A stretch of DNA of 64,000 bases. It comes from Octopus sinensis. Lineage: Eukaryota. The DNA lies in contig NC_043002.1 of NCBI RefSeq assembly GCF_006345805.1, positions 11,098,001 to 11,162,000 of the forward strand, written 5' to 3'. Below, piece by piece: positions 37,150 to 50,394 of this stretch (position 1 is the first letter of the stretch; each line of letters starts with the position of its first letter). A program made the position numbers and the translations under genes. The notes under the pieces were generated by a model that searched no databases, had not been told where the DNA came from, and was given only the letters and a program-made list of their open reading frames with translations.

Positions 37150-38020
37150 GTCGTGACTGCTGAGGATATGCATAAGCTCGCAAGAAATGAAACCAGTATG
37201 CTCCGTTGGATGTGTAATGTCAGTGTTCATACCCAACAGAGTGTAAGTGCCTTGAGAGAAAAGTTGGACCTACGAAGCATCAGATGTAGTGTGCAAGAGA
37301 GGCGTCTACGCTGGTATGGACACGTAGTAAGAATGGATGAAGATAGTTGTGTGAAAAAGTGCCACACCCTAGCGGTTGAAGGAACCTGTGGAAGAGGTAG
37401 ACCCAGGAAAACCTGGGACGAGGTGGTGAAGAACGACCTTCGCTCTTTAGGTCTCACCGAGGAAATGACCAGAGACTGAGACCTTTGGAAGTATGCTGTG
37501 CGTGAGAAGACCTGGCAGGACAAGTGAGGCCATAAACCATGGCCCCTACCTGGGACGTAGTCAGTCCTCCTGTGCATACCTTCCTTCTTGGGACACATAA
37601 CTCTACTTGTGAAGACCTGTTGAAGCAAGTGAAAATCAAAAATCAAAGAATCAAATCAAAATCGAAATTGATCAACATCAATGGAATTTGTAGTTTTGTG
37701 GTACCAGTGCCGGTGACACATAAGAAAATCATCCGAACGTGGCTGTAGCCAGTACCGCATCGACTGGCCTCCGTGCTGGTGGCACGTAACAAACACCATC
37801 CGAGCGTGGCCGTTCACCAGCCTCGTCTGGCACCTGTGTCGGTGGCACATAAAAAGCACCCACTACACTCACGGAGTAGTTGGCGTTAGGAAGGGCATCC
37901 AGCTGTAAAAACACTGCCAGATCTGACTGGAGCCTGGTGCAGCCTTCGGGCTTCCCAGACCCCAGTTGAACCGTCCAACCCATGCTAGCATGGAAAGCGG
38001 ACGTTAAATGATGATGATGA
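37150..38020 (+). mobile_element. RTE LINE 3' fragment
   Basis: ORF MTAEDMHKLARNETSMLRWMCNVSV..RRLRWYGHVVRM..GRGRPRKTWDEVV, then 3'UTR and (GAT)n. Confidence 0.92.
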
Positions 38021-38032
38021 TATATTATATAT

Positions 38033-38517
38033 ACAGTAATTCGTCACCATATAGTGGTTCATCTAACACGGTATAATATTTAAGCTTACTATATACTGTA
38101 TTATTCCTCCATGGTATTGTTTTACATTTATAATAAAATAAATATATACAAATTATAGAAATGATACTGTTTCTGCTTTGCAAATTTTCACTTATTGCGG
38201 TGAGTTTTGGAACATAATACCCGTGATCATTGAGGGATTACTGTTCACACACACACACTCACATATATATAATTATGTCATTTTATATATATATTTACAC
38301 AGTAATCCCTTGCTATATCGCAGTTCACTTATCGTGGTTTATCATTTAAGATTACGCCGATTCCTCCATGGTGTTGTTTTGCATTTATAATAAAATAAAT
38401 AGATACAAATTATAAAAATAATAAGAAAAAATACAGTACTGTTTCTACTTTGTGGGTTTTCACCTATCACAGGGGGTTTTGGAATGCATCACCCACGGTA
38501 GTCAAGGGATTTCCGTA
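38033..38517. mobile_element. Two Tc1/pogo-like MITE copies (~38033-38245, ~38299-38517)
   Basis: Homologous to 35781-36012. Confidence 0.65.
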
Positions 38518-39449
38518 TCATCATTATAATCTTTTAGCATCTGCTTTTCCATGCTTTCATGGCTCAGGTAGAATCTGTTGAAGTAGATATTCTATGGTCA
38601 GATGCCCTCACCTGTTTCCAAGTAAGGTAATATTTCGCCATAGCCAATTAAGACGATGATGATGATGATACCTGTGTACATGTTGTGTCTCATTTTATTT
38701 TCTAATTTCGAATCCCACCAATATTGATTTTTCTGTTATCCTTCCAAGGTCAGTAAATATCAGTCAAATAATGCATGCATTTGAATCAGCTTCATCCTAA
38801 ACTCAAAAATATATTGTGTTGCACCTTTGTAAGAAATTCTCAATATTTGTCTGAAGAAAGGTGGCAGAATCGCTAGCAAGCTGGACAAAATGCTTAGCAT
38901 CATTTCAGCTGTCTTTACATTCTGAGTTCAAATTCCACTGAGGTTGACCTTGCCTTTCGCCCTTTCAGGGTCGATAAAATACCTCTGCCCCAAAATTGCA
39001 TCTATCTAGCATCAATGGATGTTAAATATGAAAAGTAATTATTCATATTTAGATGCTTTTATTAAATTCATTCAGTTGTTAACACATAAAGTGCAACGGG
39101 ACACGATCATGACTGTCAGACACAGGTCGACAGGCCACGATCGTGGCCCAGATAGATGCATTTAATTTATGGGCATTTGTTGGGGTCTAATGTCACTCAA
39201 GCACTCCGATACCCCACCAGAATGCAAGAGGACTAATAGTTCAGTTAATGAGTTTTCAAATGATGTAAAACTTACCACCATTATATACTAAGAAGATATT
39301 TGTTTTTTATGTGTGCATGGTAGTTTCATTTTCATAAATTGTGCCCAGCAGTCCATGGTATCTAAGTGCAAATCCCAGTGCTTTATGGGTTAAACATAAA
39401 TTAAATGGTTTTGATTTACTGTCAGGTGACTTTTGGCCAAACCTATGTA

Positions 39450-39486
<37 letters not shown>

Positions 39487-39521
39487 TTATATACATATGT
39501 ATATGTACATACATCTATACG

Positions 39522-39559
<38 letters not shown>

Positions 39560-39568
39560 TATATATAA

Positions 39569-40400
39569 TCATCATCATCATCATCATCATCGTTTAACAT
39601 CCGTTTTCCGAGCTAGCACGGGTTGGACGGTTCGACCGGGGTCTGGGGAGCCAGGGGCTGCCCCAGGCTCCAGTCTGATCTGGCAGTGTTTCTACAGCTT
39701 GATGCCCTTTCTAATGCCAACCACTCCGCGAGTGTAGTGGGTGCTTTTTACGTGCCACCTGCACAGGTGCCAGAGGGGTCTGGCATCGGCCACGATCAGT
39801 TGGTGCCTTTTTTTCTTTTTTTTTTTTTTTTTTTTTTGTGCTACCGGCACAGAAGCCAGTCAAAGCGGTGCTGGCATCGCTCACGTTCGGATGGTGCTTT
39901 TTATGTGCCACCAGCACAGAAGCCAGTCGGGGCGGTGCTGGCATCGGCCACGTTCGGATGTTGCTTTTTATGTGCCACCGGCACAGAACCCATTCGAGGC
40001 GGGGTTGGCATCGGTCACGTTCGGATGGTGCTTTTTATGTGCCACCGGCACAGAAGCCAGTGGAGGCTGCACTGGCGACGGCCACGTTCAGATGGTGCTT
40101 TTTATGTGTCACCAGCACAGAAGCCAGTGGAGGCCGCACTGGCGACGGCCACGTTCAGATGGTGCTTTTTATGTGCCACCGGCACAGAAGCCAGTGGAGG
40201 CTGCACTGGCGACGGCCACGTTCAGATGGTGCTTTTTATGTGTCACCAGCACAGAAGCCAGTGGAGGCCGCACTGGCGACGGCCACGTTCAGATGGTGCT
40301 TTTTATGTGTCACCGGCACAGGTATCACAACTACTACTGTTTCCATTGATATTTGGTTCGATGTTCATGTACATGCACTTGACTCAACAGGTCTCCTCAA
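39569..40400 (-). mobile_element. RTE 3'UTR with ~9 hairpin repeat units (~66 bp)
   Basis: Repeated ggatggtgctttttatgtgccaccggcacagaagccagt..actggc. Confidence 0.9.
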
Positions 40401-40554
40401 GCACAGCGAGATGTTAGATAAAACCACTATTAGGCAAATCAAACAATGAAAAACATAAACCAAAACATAAAAATAAAAATGATATAATATACAAAATATA
40501 TAAAATATAGAATTTAAAAATTTAAATTATTTAAATTTAAAATTAAAATTATAA

Positions 40555-40745
40555 ACAAGGACAGACAAACGGATTAAGTCGATTATATCGTCCCCAGTGC
40601 ATAACTGGTACTTAATTCATCGACCCCGAAAGGATGAAAGGCAAAGTCGACCTCGGCGGAATTTGAACTCAGAACGTAGCGGCAGACGAAATACCGCTTA
40701 GCATTTCGTCCTGTGTACTAATGTTTCTGCCAGCTCACCGCCATT
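40555..40745 (-). mobile_element. SINE-B
   Basis: rc head and core. Confidence 0.88.
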
Positions 40746-41144
40746 TACTAAAAATACAGGCTGGCCAAAGCCTTGTGAGCAGATTTAGAAACTGTAAACG
40801 AAAAGAAACCTGTCATATGTATGTGTGTGTGTGGGGGGGGGTGCATGTATTTGTGTCTCTTTCCCTCGGCATTGCATGCTAATTGTAAACAAGCAGCACT
40901 GCCATACAGGTGGTGTCGTTCATTTGCAGACTTTCATGGAAACATGCCTGGCCATTGTGCTGCTCGTGGTTGAACAATTTGAGGAAATACTAACTCACCT
41001 GGGAACCGGGTGAGGGTTGGCAACTGAAAAGAGCATCCTGCTGTAGAAAATCTGCTTTAACTCTAAATTTCATCTGACCCCTGCAAACATGAAAGAGTAG
41101 GATGTTGAATCAGTGGTGGCGATGATGATAAGTGGCACTCTGTC

Positions 41145-41345
41145 AGTTACGATGACAGGGGTTCCAACAGATCCGATGAACGGAACACCCTGCTTGTGAA
41201 ATTAACTTGCAAGTGGCTGAACGCTCCACAGACATACGTACTCTTAACGTAGTTCTTCTCAGGGAGATTCTGCGTGACAGAATGTGACAAGGCTGACCCT
41301 TTTGAAATACAGGTACTACTCATTTTTACCAGGTGAGTAGACTGA
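41145..41345 (-). mobile_element. SINE-D 3' part
   Basis: rc aaaaatgagtagtacctgtatttcaaaagggtcagccttgtcac..gtggagcgttcagccacttgcaagttaatttcac. Confidence 0.55.
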
Positions 41346-41439
41346 TGACCATGAAGATGAAGATAATGATGGTGATGATGATAAAGATGATGATGATGAT
41401 GATGATGATGATGCACACGTGCACACTGATCATCATCAT

Positions 41440-41700
41440 CGTCGTCGTCATCGTTTAATGTCCACTTTCCATGCTAGCATGGGTTGGATGGTTTGACTAA
41501 GGGCTGGCAAACCAGATGGCTGCACCAGGCTCCAGTCTTGATCTGGCAGAGTTTCTACAGCTGGACGCCCTTTCTAATGCCAACCACTCCAAGAGTGTAG
41601 TGGATGCTTTTACGTGCCACCGGCACGGGGGCCAGTCGGGTAGAACTGGCAACGACCTCGCTCAAATTTTTTTACACATGTCACGAGCATAGGTTCCAGG
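41440..41700 (-). mobile_element. RTE 3' tail
   Basis: catcgtttaatgtccactttccatgctagcatggg.. Confidence 0.85.
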
Positions 41701-41821
41701 TGTATCATCATAACCATCATCATCATTTAATGTTCGTCTTCATACTTTGTTCTACCCTTTTCAAATGCCACCCTGCCTGGGACAATCTCTGATTCTTAGA
41801 TACAAAAACCACCTCTATTAA

Positions 41822-42919
41822 CCCTTTCGTTACCAAGCCGCCCAAAAAAAATTTTGGTTAATGTGACTAAACCGCCCAAAGCCGCCCGAATTTACCTATT
41901 CATATTTAAATGAGAATATCAGAGCAAATCTCTTTAGTACTTTCGTGAAAACACGTGATTATACTTCGTAAACAGTTCATCTACAGTTTTGTACAACGAT
42001 CGACGTGTAATTTTAATTCCCTGAATTTTGGGAGATTTTTTTCCACATTTTTTTCGGCATCGATTTTTCTTCAACTTTGAAAATGGATTGGAGTTTCATG
42101 TTATCAAGCATTGATTCCGAATTGGAAAATTTGTGAAGCAAATACTGGGTACTGTTGTGGATTTAGTTTTTATACAGGGAAACTAATGTTAGTCAGCATG
42201 GCTTAGGGTATGATGTGGTCTCGAAGTTATTGTTTGAAGCGATCAATGCGGAAACAAACTTACGCAAAATGTAAACAAACACAAAATGGGGGTTCAAATT
42301 TCGGAAAATTTGTGAAGCAAATACTGGGTACTGCATGGATTTAGTTTTTATACAGGGAAAATAATGTTAGTCAGCATGGCCTAGGGAACGATGTGGTCTG
42401 GAATTTATCACTTCCATACCATAACCAGGGCCGTATATTATTTTTTTGACTGATTTCTTTAGTTCGGTCAAACTTGCGGTGGATTCCAGTATTTCACTTT
42501 ATTCCACCTTTATGGTATACCTGTTGTGCATTAAATTCAACTGATGATATAGTGATGTGCACAATTCTTCTTTATCAAAATTTTGTTGCATACCCATTTG
42601 AATATTAGCTGATGATTCATTTTCTATGGTGATGTTTAAACAAAATTTTAATATTTTTACCTTTTGCTCAATTTAAAATTTTAATATTTTTACCTTTTGC
42701 TCAATTTACCTGTAATTAAAGTCACTTTGAGACAAAAGTTATGCAATAGAATTGATTAAGAACCCTTTCTTTAATTATGTTCCAAATATCACATTATTAT
42801 GTTGATAAGTAAAAAAGTTACAGTTATTTAATGAAACAAGCCTAGATTCATGATTGTTTTAGAATTTAATTGAAACTCATGAGGGGTGTATTTTGGTCAG
42901 AAATATAGTAACGAAAGGG
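41822..42919. mobile_element. Non-autonomous piggyBac (same termini as 33772-34840, different interior)
   Basis: TTAA|ccctttcgttacc ... gtaacgaaaggg|TTAA; internal tandem duplication ~42120-42420. Confidence 0.9.
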
Positions 42920-43435
42920 TTAAGGAATTCATATTTAATTTAAAACCAACCAACATAATTTTGTGTAAAATCCTTTTCTCAAGTTATGTTCCTGAGCTGC
43001 AACTTAAATATACCAATTATTTAAAAACTTTAAATTGATCTTAATTAAAAGTTTCCATCAAAATTCTACATCAATTTGTGTTCCAAACACCAGCTTTATA
43101 ATGTCAAAGTTATTTTATTAAATCCTTCATTGTTTCCACAATTTATTGAAACAAAGGCAGTGTAATTTCTATTGAAATTGGAAAACAAAAGGATTTCATT
43201 CTGGAATAAATGCCTTCAGATTCTTCACTAATTTGAAAATTAATTATAATTACTTTATGTATTCTTTTATTTGTTTGCCTTTAATCGAACAGATCGATCC
43301 CCAGGACTTATTCTTTGTATCAGTCACTTTATGTCCTCGTAATGTAGCGCTACATTACGAGGACATAAACATATCAACATCGGTTGCCAAGCGATGTTGC
43401 GGGGACAAACAGACACACAAACACACACATATATA

Positions 43436-44120
43436 TATCATCATCATCATCATCATCGTTTAGTGTCCGCTTTCCATGCTAGCATGGGTTGGACGGGTCA
43501 ACTGGGGTCTGTGAAGCTGGAAGGCTTCGTCAGGCCCAGTCAGATCTGGCAGTGTTTCTATGGCTGGATGCCCTTACTAACGCCAACCATTCCACGAGTG
43601 TAGTGGGTGTTTTTTACGTGCCACCTGCACAGGTGCCAGACAGAGCTGGCAAACGGCCACGAACGGATGGTGCTTTTACGTGTCACCGGCACGGGGCCAG
43701 GCGATGCTGGCAACGGACACAAACGGATGGTGCTTTTACGTGCCACCGACACGGGGCCAGACAGAGCTGGCAACCGGCCACAAACGGATGGTGCTTTTAC
43801 GTGTCACCGGCACGGGGGCCAGCCGAGGCTGGCAACGGACGCGAACGGATGGTGCTTTTACGTGCCACCGACACGGTTGCCAGACAGAGCTGGCAAACGG
43901 CCACGAGCGGACGGTGCTTTTACGTGTCACCGGCACAGGTGCCAGCCGAGGCTGGCAACGGACACGAACGGATGGTGCTTTTACGTGCCACCGACACGGG
44001 GCCAGACAGAGCTGGCAAACGGCCACGAACGGACAGTGCTTTTACGTGTCACCGGCACGGGGCCAGGCGAGGCTGGCAACGAACACGAACGGATGGTGCT
44101 TTTACGTGCCACCGACACGA
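43436..44120 (-). mobile_element. RTE 3'UTR with ~9 units of 60-61 bp in alternating A/B order
   Basis: Core ggatggtgcttttacgtg at 43665, 43725, 43786, 43847 ...; loops alternate gccagacagagctggc and gccag(g/c)cgaggctggc. Confidence 0.92.
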
Positions 44121-44203
44121 TATATATACATATATATATATATATATGTATATAATATAATATATATATATATATTATATATATACATATATATATATAT
44201 ATA

Positions 44204-44242
<39 letters not shown>

Positions 44243-44243
44243 C

Positions 44244-44315
<72 letters not shown>

Positions 44316-44366
44316 ATACATATATATATATATATATAATACATACATATATATATATATATACAT

Positions 44367-44449
<83 letters not shown>

Positions 44450-44650
44450 CATACATATATATATATATCTATATATATATATATATACATACATATATAT
44501 ATATATATATACATACATATATATATATATATATATAATATATACATACATATATATATATATATATACATATATATACACATATATATATACATACTAT
44601 ATGTATGTATATATATATATTATATATATTATATATATATATATATATAT
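44120..44650. repeat. (AT)n-rich microsatellite
   Basis: Direct inspection. Confidence 0.95.
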
Positions 44651-45387
44651 AGTTTTAAAAAAGTTTTTTAAGCTACTATTTCTAATGAGTTCAGTATGTG
44701 GCAAAGTAATTATTTTACTAAGCCCTTTTATATAATGTAATAATTTGAATTCGCCTTAAATGGTCCCTTTGCATACTGAATACTTGGTGAAATTGATTAA
44801 TAATTAATTAATTTTACCCTCAATTGTTGAAATTATAATTCATCTCTCTCTATTTAATGCTTCGGATTTTACCGAAAAAGCATAGTGTTTGCTGATTTTA
44901 ACCCACGCTGGTGGAAAGGGGAGAGCAGAAATTCTTCGCTTGCATATTTTGAGTTTGCTGGCACTGTTAGTTTCGAGCAGATCTTCAGAAGCGATAAGAA
45001 GCCGAAAGGGTATGCTCCCACTTTCAGTGTTTTCAAATCCAAACCAAGGAGTTCTGAGCTGATGATAGAAATGTCGAGTTGACTAATCTAGAACGTACGT
45101 TCTCAAATAACCTTTGCATTTGATTTTTTAATGTCTTTACCCCCATACTTTCGTGAGTTGAGTTGAGCAAACACTATATGAGAGAGATTTTCTTTAAGTA
45201 TTAGAAATAGTTTTAAAAAAGTTTTTTTGCTACTATTTCTAATGAGTTCAGTATGTGGCAAAGTAATTTATTTTACTAAGCCCTTTTATATAATGTAATA
45301 ATTTGAATTCGCCTTAAATGGTCTCTTTGCATACTGAATACTTGGTGAAATTGATTAATAATTAATTAATTTTACCCTCAATTGTTG

Positions 45388-45425
<38 letters not shown>

Positions 45426-46395
45426 TAAACGACAAGCTTCTTTCCATTTCCGTCTACCAAATCCACTTACAAGGCTTTGGTCGGCCGGAGTCTATAGTAG
45501 AAGACACTTGCACCAGGTGCCACATAGTGGAACTGAACCTGGAACCATGTGGTTGGGAAGCAAGCTACTTACCACACAGCCACACCTGTGCCTATATATA
45601 TATATATATATCATCATCATCATTTAGCGTCCGCTTTCCATGCTAGCATGGGTTGGACGGTTCAACTGGGTGCTTCTTACGTGCCACCGGCACATTACGT
45701 GCCAATGTTATTTAGAGATAGTAGTCCCCTTCATCACACCATATAAAAAAATTTTAATTCAATTTAATACTACCCATTTCTCAGCTACACGTGTTTCTTG
45801 AGGTTCTTTTACGGTTCCTTAAATATGCAGTGTTTTACAGGAACCTTTCTTAAAATGTAACCCCAATCATCAGGCCTCTAAATAACTTTATCATAGTTCG
45901 ATACCAAATACTATATTTTAATTTTAACAGATAAGTATGTGTATGTGTAAATAGGTTCGCCGGACCTTACTGTGCAAGCCATAATTTAATTCAAATAAAA
46001 TTAATAACAATAAAAATAAAAAATTTACAAAAACTAAATTCTCACATACTTATGTCTGTAAACATTCATATAAAATTGATAATATGTAGGGATAAAAATA
46101 AAGTATAAACTTAAAGGCAGATGTAATGTAATGGGTGTAGTATATAAATGTGTGGTTTCTGTAAAAGTAGATGGAAATGAAAAAAGCGGAATAAATAATA
46201 CAGATATTGTAAATTATCCAGATAGAACACATAAATATCTGACAGGTGTTGTAACAAAAATGCAGTGTTCTGTGACACCCTGAAAATTGACCAAAATACA
46301 CAATCTGTATATCATCTCATCTGAAATATGGCCCACACAAGGGTTAACCCTTTAGCATTCAGATTATTCTGTCAAATGTATTTATTCACATTGTT

Positions 46396-47779
46396 TTAAC
46401 CCTTTCGATGCCAACCCAGCTGAAACCACCTCTGGTTCTGTAGTACAAATGTCTTGTTTCCATAAGTTCTGATTTAAAATCTTACACTAAACCTTAGTCA
46501 CAATTTATGTTCTTAACACTAGCTTAACTAAAATTCTTAGTCAAGTTTAAAATTAATTGAAAGTAACACAGAATGTCTCAACAGAAATAAGGTAACAAAA
46601 GGGTTAGAATATATAATAGAGAAACAATTCTTAACCCTTTTGATACCAACTTGGTTGAAACCGCCTTTGGCTCCGTAGTACAAATGTCTTGTTTTCATTA
46701 GTTATGAATTAAAATCTTCCACCAAAACCTTAGTCACAATTTATGTTCCTAAGTTATTTTACTGAATTCTGTGTTATATTTAAAATTAAATGAAAAAATG
46801 AAATATGTTAACAAAAGTGTGAAAATTTATAACAGAGAAACAATTCTTAACCCGCTTGATACCAACCTTGCTGAAACCACCTCTGGCTATGTAATACAAA
46901 TGCCTTGTTTTCATAAAGTTTTGAATTAAAATCTTCCACCAAACCTTAGTCACAATTTATGTTCCTAAGTTATTTTACTGAATTCTGTGTTATATTTAAA
47001 ATTAAATGAAAAAAAACACAGCGTCTCAACAGAAATATGTTAACAAAAGTGGGAAAATATATAAAAGAGAAACAATTCTTAACTCTTTTGATACCAACTC
47101 AGCTGAAACTGACTCTGGTTCTGTAATACAAGTGTCTTGTTTTCATGAGTTATGAACTAAAATCTTCCACCAAACCTTAGTCACAATTTATGTTCCTAAC
47201 ACTAGCTTAATGACAACTGAGGTATTTTACTGAATTCTTTGTTATATTTAAAATTAAATGAAAAAATGAAATATGTTAACAAAAGTGTGAAAATTTATAA
47301 CAGAGAAACAATTCTTAACCCGCTTGATACCAACCTTGCTGAAACCACCTCTGGCTATGTAATACAAATGCCTTGTTTTCATAAAGTTTTGAATTAAAAT
47401 CTTCCACCAAACCTTAGTCACAATTTATGTTCCTAAATCTAGCTTAATGACAACTGAGGTATTTTACTAAATTCTTTGTTATATTTAAAATTAATTGAAA
47501 GAAACACAGAGCGTCTCAATAGAAATATAGTTACAAAAGGGTTAAAAAATGATTAATTTAACCCTTTTGATACCAACCTGGCTGAAACCGGCTCTGGTTC
47601 TGAGTACAAATGTCTTGTTTTCATAAGTTTTGAATTAAAATCTTCCACCAAACCTTAGTCACAATTTATGCTCCTAACACTAGCTGAATGATAACTAAGT
47701 TATTTTACTAAATTCTTTGTTATATTTAAAATTAACTGAAAGAAACAGATCATCTCAAAAGAAATAACGAAAGGGTTAA
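46396..47779. repeat. Tandem array of six ~230-bp piggyBac-type (TTAA/CCCT) MITE units
   Basis: ttaaccc/ttaactc starts at 46396, 46631, 46847, 47079, 47315, 47558; final aaagggttaa at 47779. Confidence 0.85.
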
Positions 47780-48239
47780 TCTTGCTTCAAGATTTCTTTA
47801 ATGTGATTGTTCATTTTTAGAATGAAGAATCACATTAAGGTAGGCACAAGAGACTGGATCTGGCTGGTTAAAACAAAACAGGTAGAACATTTGGTCCAGA
47901 TATAGTTACTCTAAACACTAAAGGGTTAAGCAATAAATTCTAAATTCCATTTTTTTTTTCCTTCTTTCTCTCAAGGGTAGGGACATGGGGTTTTAGGTTT
48001 ATAGAGAATTAAACATGAAAGCTGTGACATCCATTCTTTTCCCAAGACATTATTGATACAAGCAAAATTGTTTCAATCTGGAATCTGGCATTCGCTCTTG
48101 TAGACTTAATTCGGCGAGAAAGAACTAGCCAATGAACTGCAATGCCAGATACCAATTTTCTCTAATAATACCTATAACTAACCAAAAATGACAGCTTTGG
48201 GTTTTTTCTTCTTCTTTTTCCTTTTTGTTTGTTTCTGTT

Positions 48240-48303
48240 TTTATCATCATCATCATCATCATCATCATCATTATTATTATTATTATTATTATCATTATTA
48301 TTA

Positions 48304-48335
<32 letters not shown>

Positions 48336-48750
48336 CATTATTATTATTTATTATTATATTATTATTATTATTATTATTATCATTATTATATTATTTTATT
48401 TCATTATTATTATTATTATTATTTTATTTTATTATTATTATTATTATTATTATTATCATTATTTTATTTTATTATTATTTTATTATCATATTATTATTAT
48501 CATTTTATTATTTTATTATTATTATTATTATTATCATTATATATTATTATTATTATATTATTATTTATTATATTATTATCATTATTATTATTTTATTATT
48601 ATTATTATTATCATCATTATTATTATTATTATTATTATCATTATTATTATTTTAGTATTATTATTATTATTATATTATCATTATTATTATTTATTATTAT
48701 TATCATTATTATTATTTTATTTATTATTATTATTATTATCATTATTATTA

Positions 48751-48790
<40 letters not shown>

Positions 48791-48891
48791 CATTATTATT
48801 ATTCATTATTATTATTATTATTATTATTATCATTATTATTATTTTATATTATTATTATTATTATTTCATTATTATTATTTCATTATTATTA

Positions 48892-48925
<34 letters not shown>

Positions 48926-49266
48926 TTTTATTATATTATTATATTATTATTATTTTATCATTATTATTATTATCATTATTATTATTATTATTATTATTAT
49001 CATTATTATTATTTTAGTATTATTATTATTATTATATCATATTATTATTATCATTATTATTTTTTATTATTATTATTATTATCATATTATTATTTTTTAT
49101 TATTATTATTATTATATTATTATTATCTTATTATTATTATCATTATTATTATTTTATTATATTATTATCATTATTATATTTATTATTATTATTATTTTAT
49201 TATATATTATTATTATTTTATCATTATTATTATTTTATATTATTATTATTATTATCATTATTATTA

Positions 49267-49301
<35 letters not shown>

Positions 49302-49563
49302 CATTATTATATTATTATATTTATTATTATTATTTATTATTATATTATTATTATTATTATTATCATATTATTATTATCATTATTATTATTTTATTTATTA
49401 TTATTATTAATTATTATTATCATTATATTATTATTATTATTTTTTATTATTATTATTATCATTATTATTATTTTTATTATTATTATTATCATTATTATTA
49501 TTATCATTATTATTATTATTATTATTATCATTATTATTATTTTATTATTATTATTATTATTAT

Positions 49564-49594
<31 letters not shown>

Positions 49595-49660
49595 GGTGGT
49601 AGTAGTAGTAGTAGTGGCGGTAGTAGTAGTAGTAGTAGTATAGTAGTAGTAGTAGTAGTA
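48240..49660. repeat. 1.4-kb degenerate (ATT)n/(ATC)n microsatellite ending in (AGT)/(GGT)
   Basis: Direct inspection. Confidence 0.97.
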
Positions 49661-50394
49661 TCTTTTCTCAATCAAGTTGAAAATTAAGCTGCATGTGATT
49701 AATCTCTCTTCAGAATTTAAACAATAAACCAGCTGTGTTCAATCATCATTATGGCATTCCTCTCCTTCGCTTTTTTTTTTGCTTTTTTTTTTAAATTTTT
49801 ATTATTGTTGTTGTTGATGTCTTTTGTTTGTTTTTATTATCATTATCTTTGTTGTGCTTCTTTTTATCATTATTGTTATCATCATCACCATCATTATTAT
49901 CGTTGTTGTTGTTGTTGTTGTTATTATTGAGCTTCCATCTAACAAAACAAGTGGACTATGTTTACAAAAAAAAAATCAAAAAAAAAAAAAGAAAAAGAAA
50001 AAGAAAGAAAGAAAAAGAAAAGAAACACCAAGAAAGAAATACAGAAATAGCTGCTAATCCTTCTTGAAAAATCTCTTGTGGCAGATTTCTTTGTAACTCT
50101 GAGCAGCAGCAACATTGCTCTCATTCTGGGCCAGACCAACAACTTTGTTGGTTTTTTTTTTTTTTGTTTTTTTTGCCTGTTAAAGCTACAAGAGAAGGGT
50201 CAGTAGAAGCGAAACAAAAATGTTATTGATTCTTCCTCTCAGCTAAATAGCTTCAGTCTACACTGGTAGATGTTTCAGTGTGTATACATACATGCGTATA
50301 GATATGTACATAAACATATGTATATTTAATGGCGGTGCCCCAGCATGGCCACAGCTCGTGAGCTGAAACTAGATGAAAATGAAATGATATATAT

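Noticed and set aside
39720-44120. CRISPR array (constant core plus variable segment, ~60-67 bp period)
   Set aside because: The 'spacers' are homologous to each other, the arrays are embedded in RTE 3'UTRs, there are no cas genes and the context is eukaryotic.
48082-48149. 10-bp terminal stem (atctggcatt/aatgccagat) as snoRNA or pre-miRNA
   Set aside because: No C/D or H/ACA boxes and no extended pairing inside.
48188-49675. Long ORFs of up to 472 aa (poly-I/Y/L)
   Set aside because: Translations of (ATT)n. The same applies to ORFs over (AT)n, (GT)n, (GATA)n and (ATAC)n tracts.
49939-50142. Minus-strand ORF resembling a transit peptide
   Set aside because: Non-ATG start, runs into low-complexity sequence, no partner exons found.
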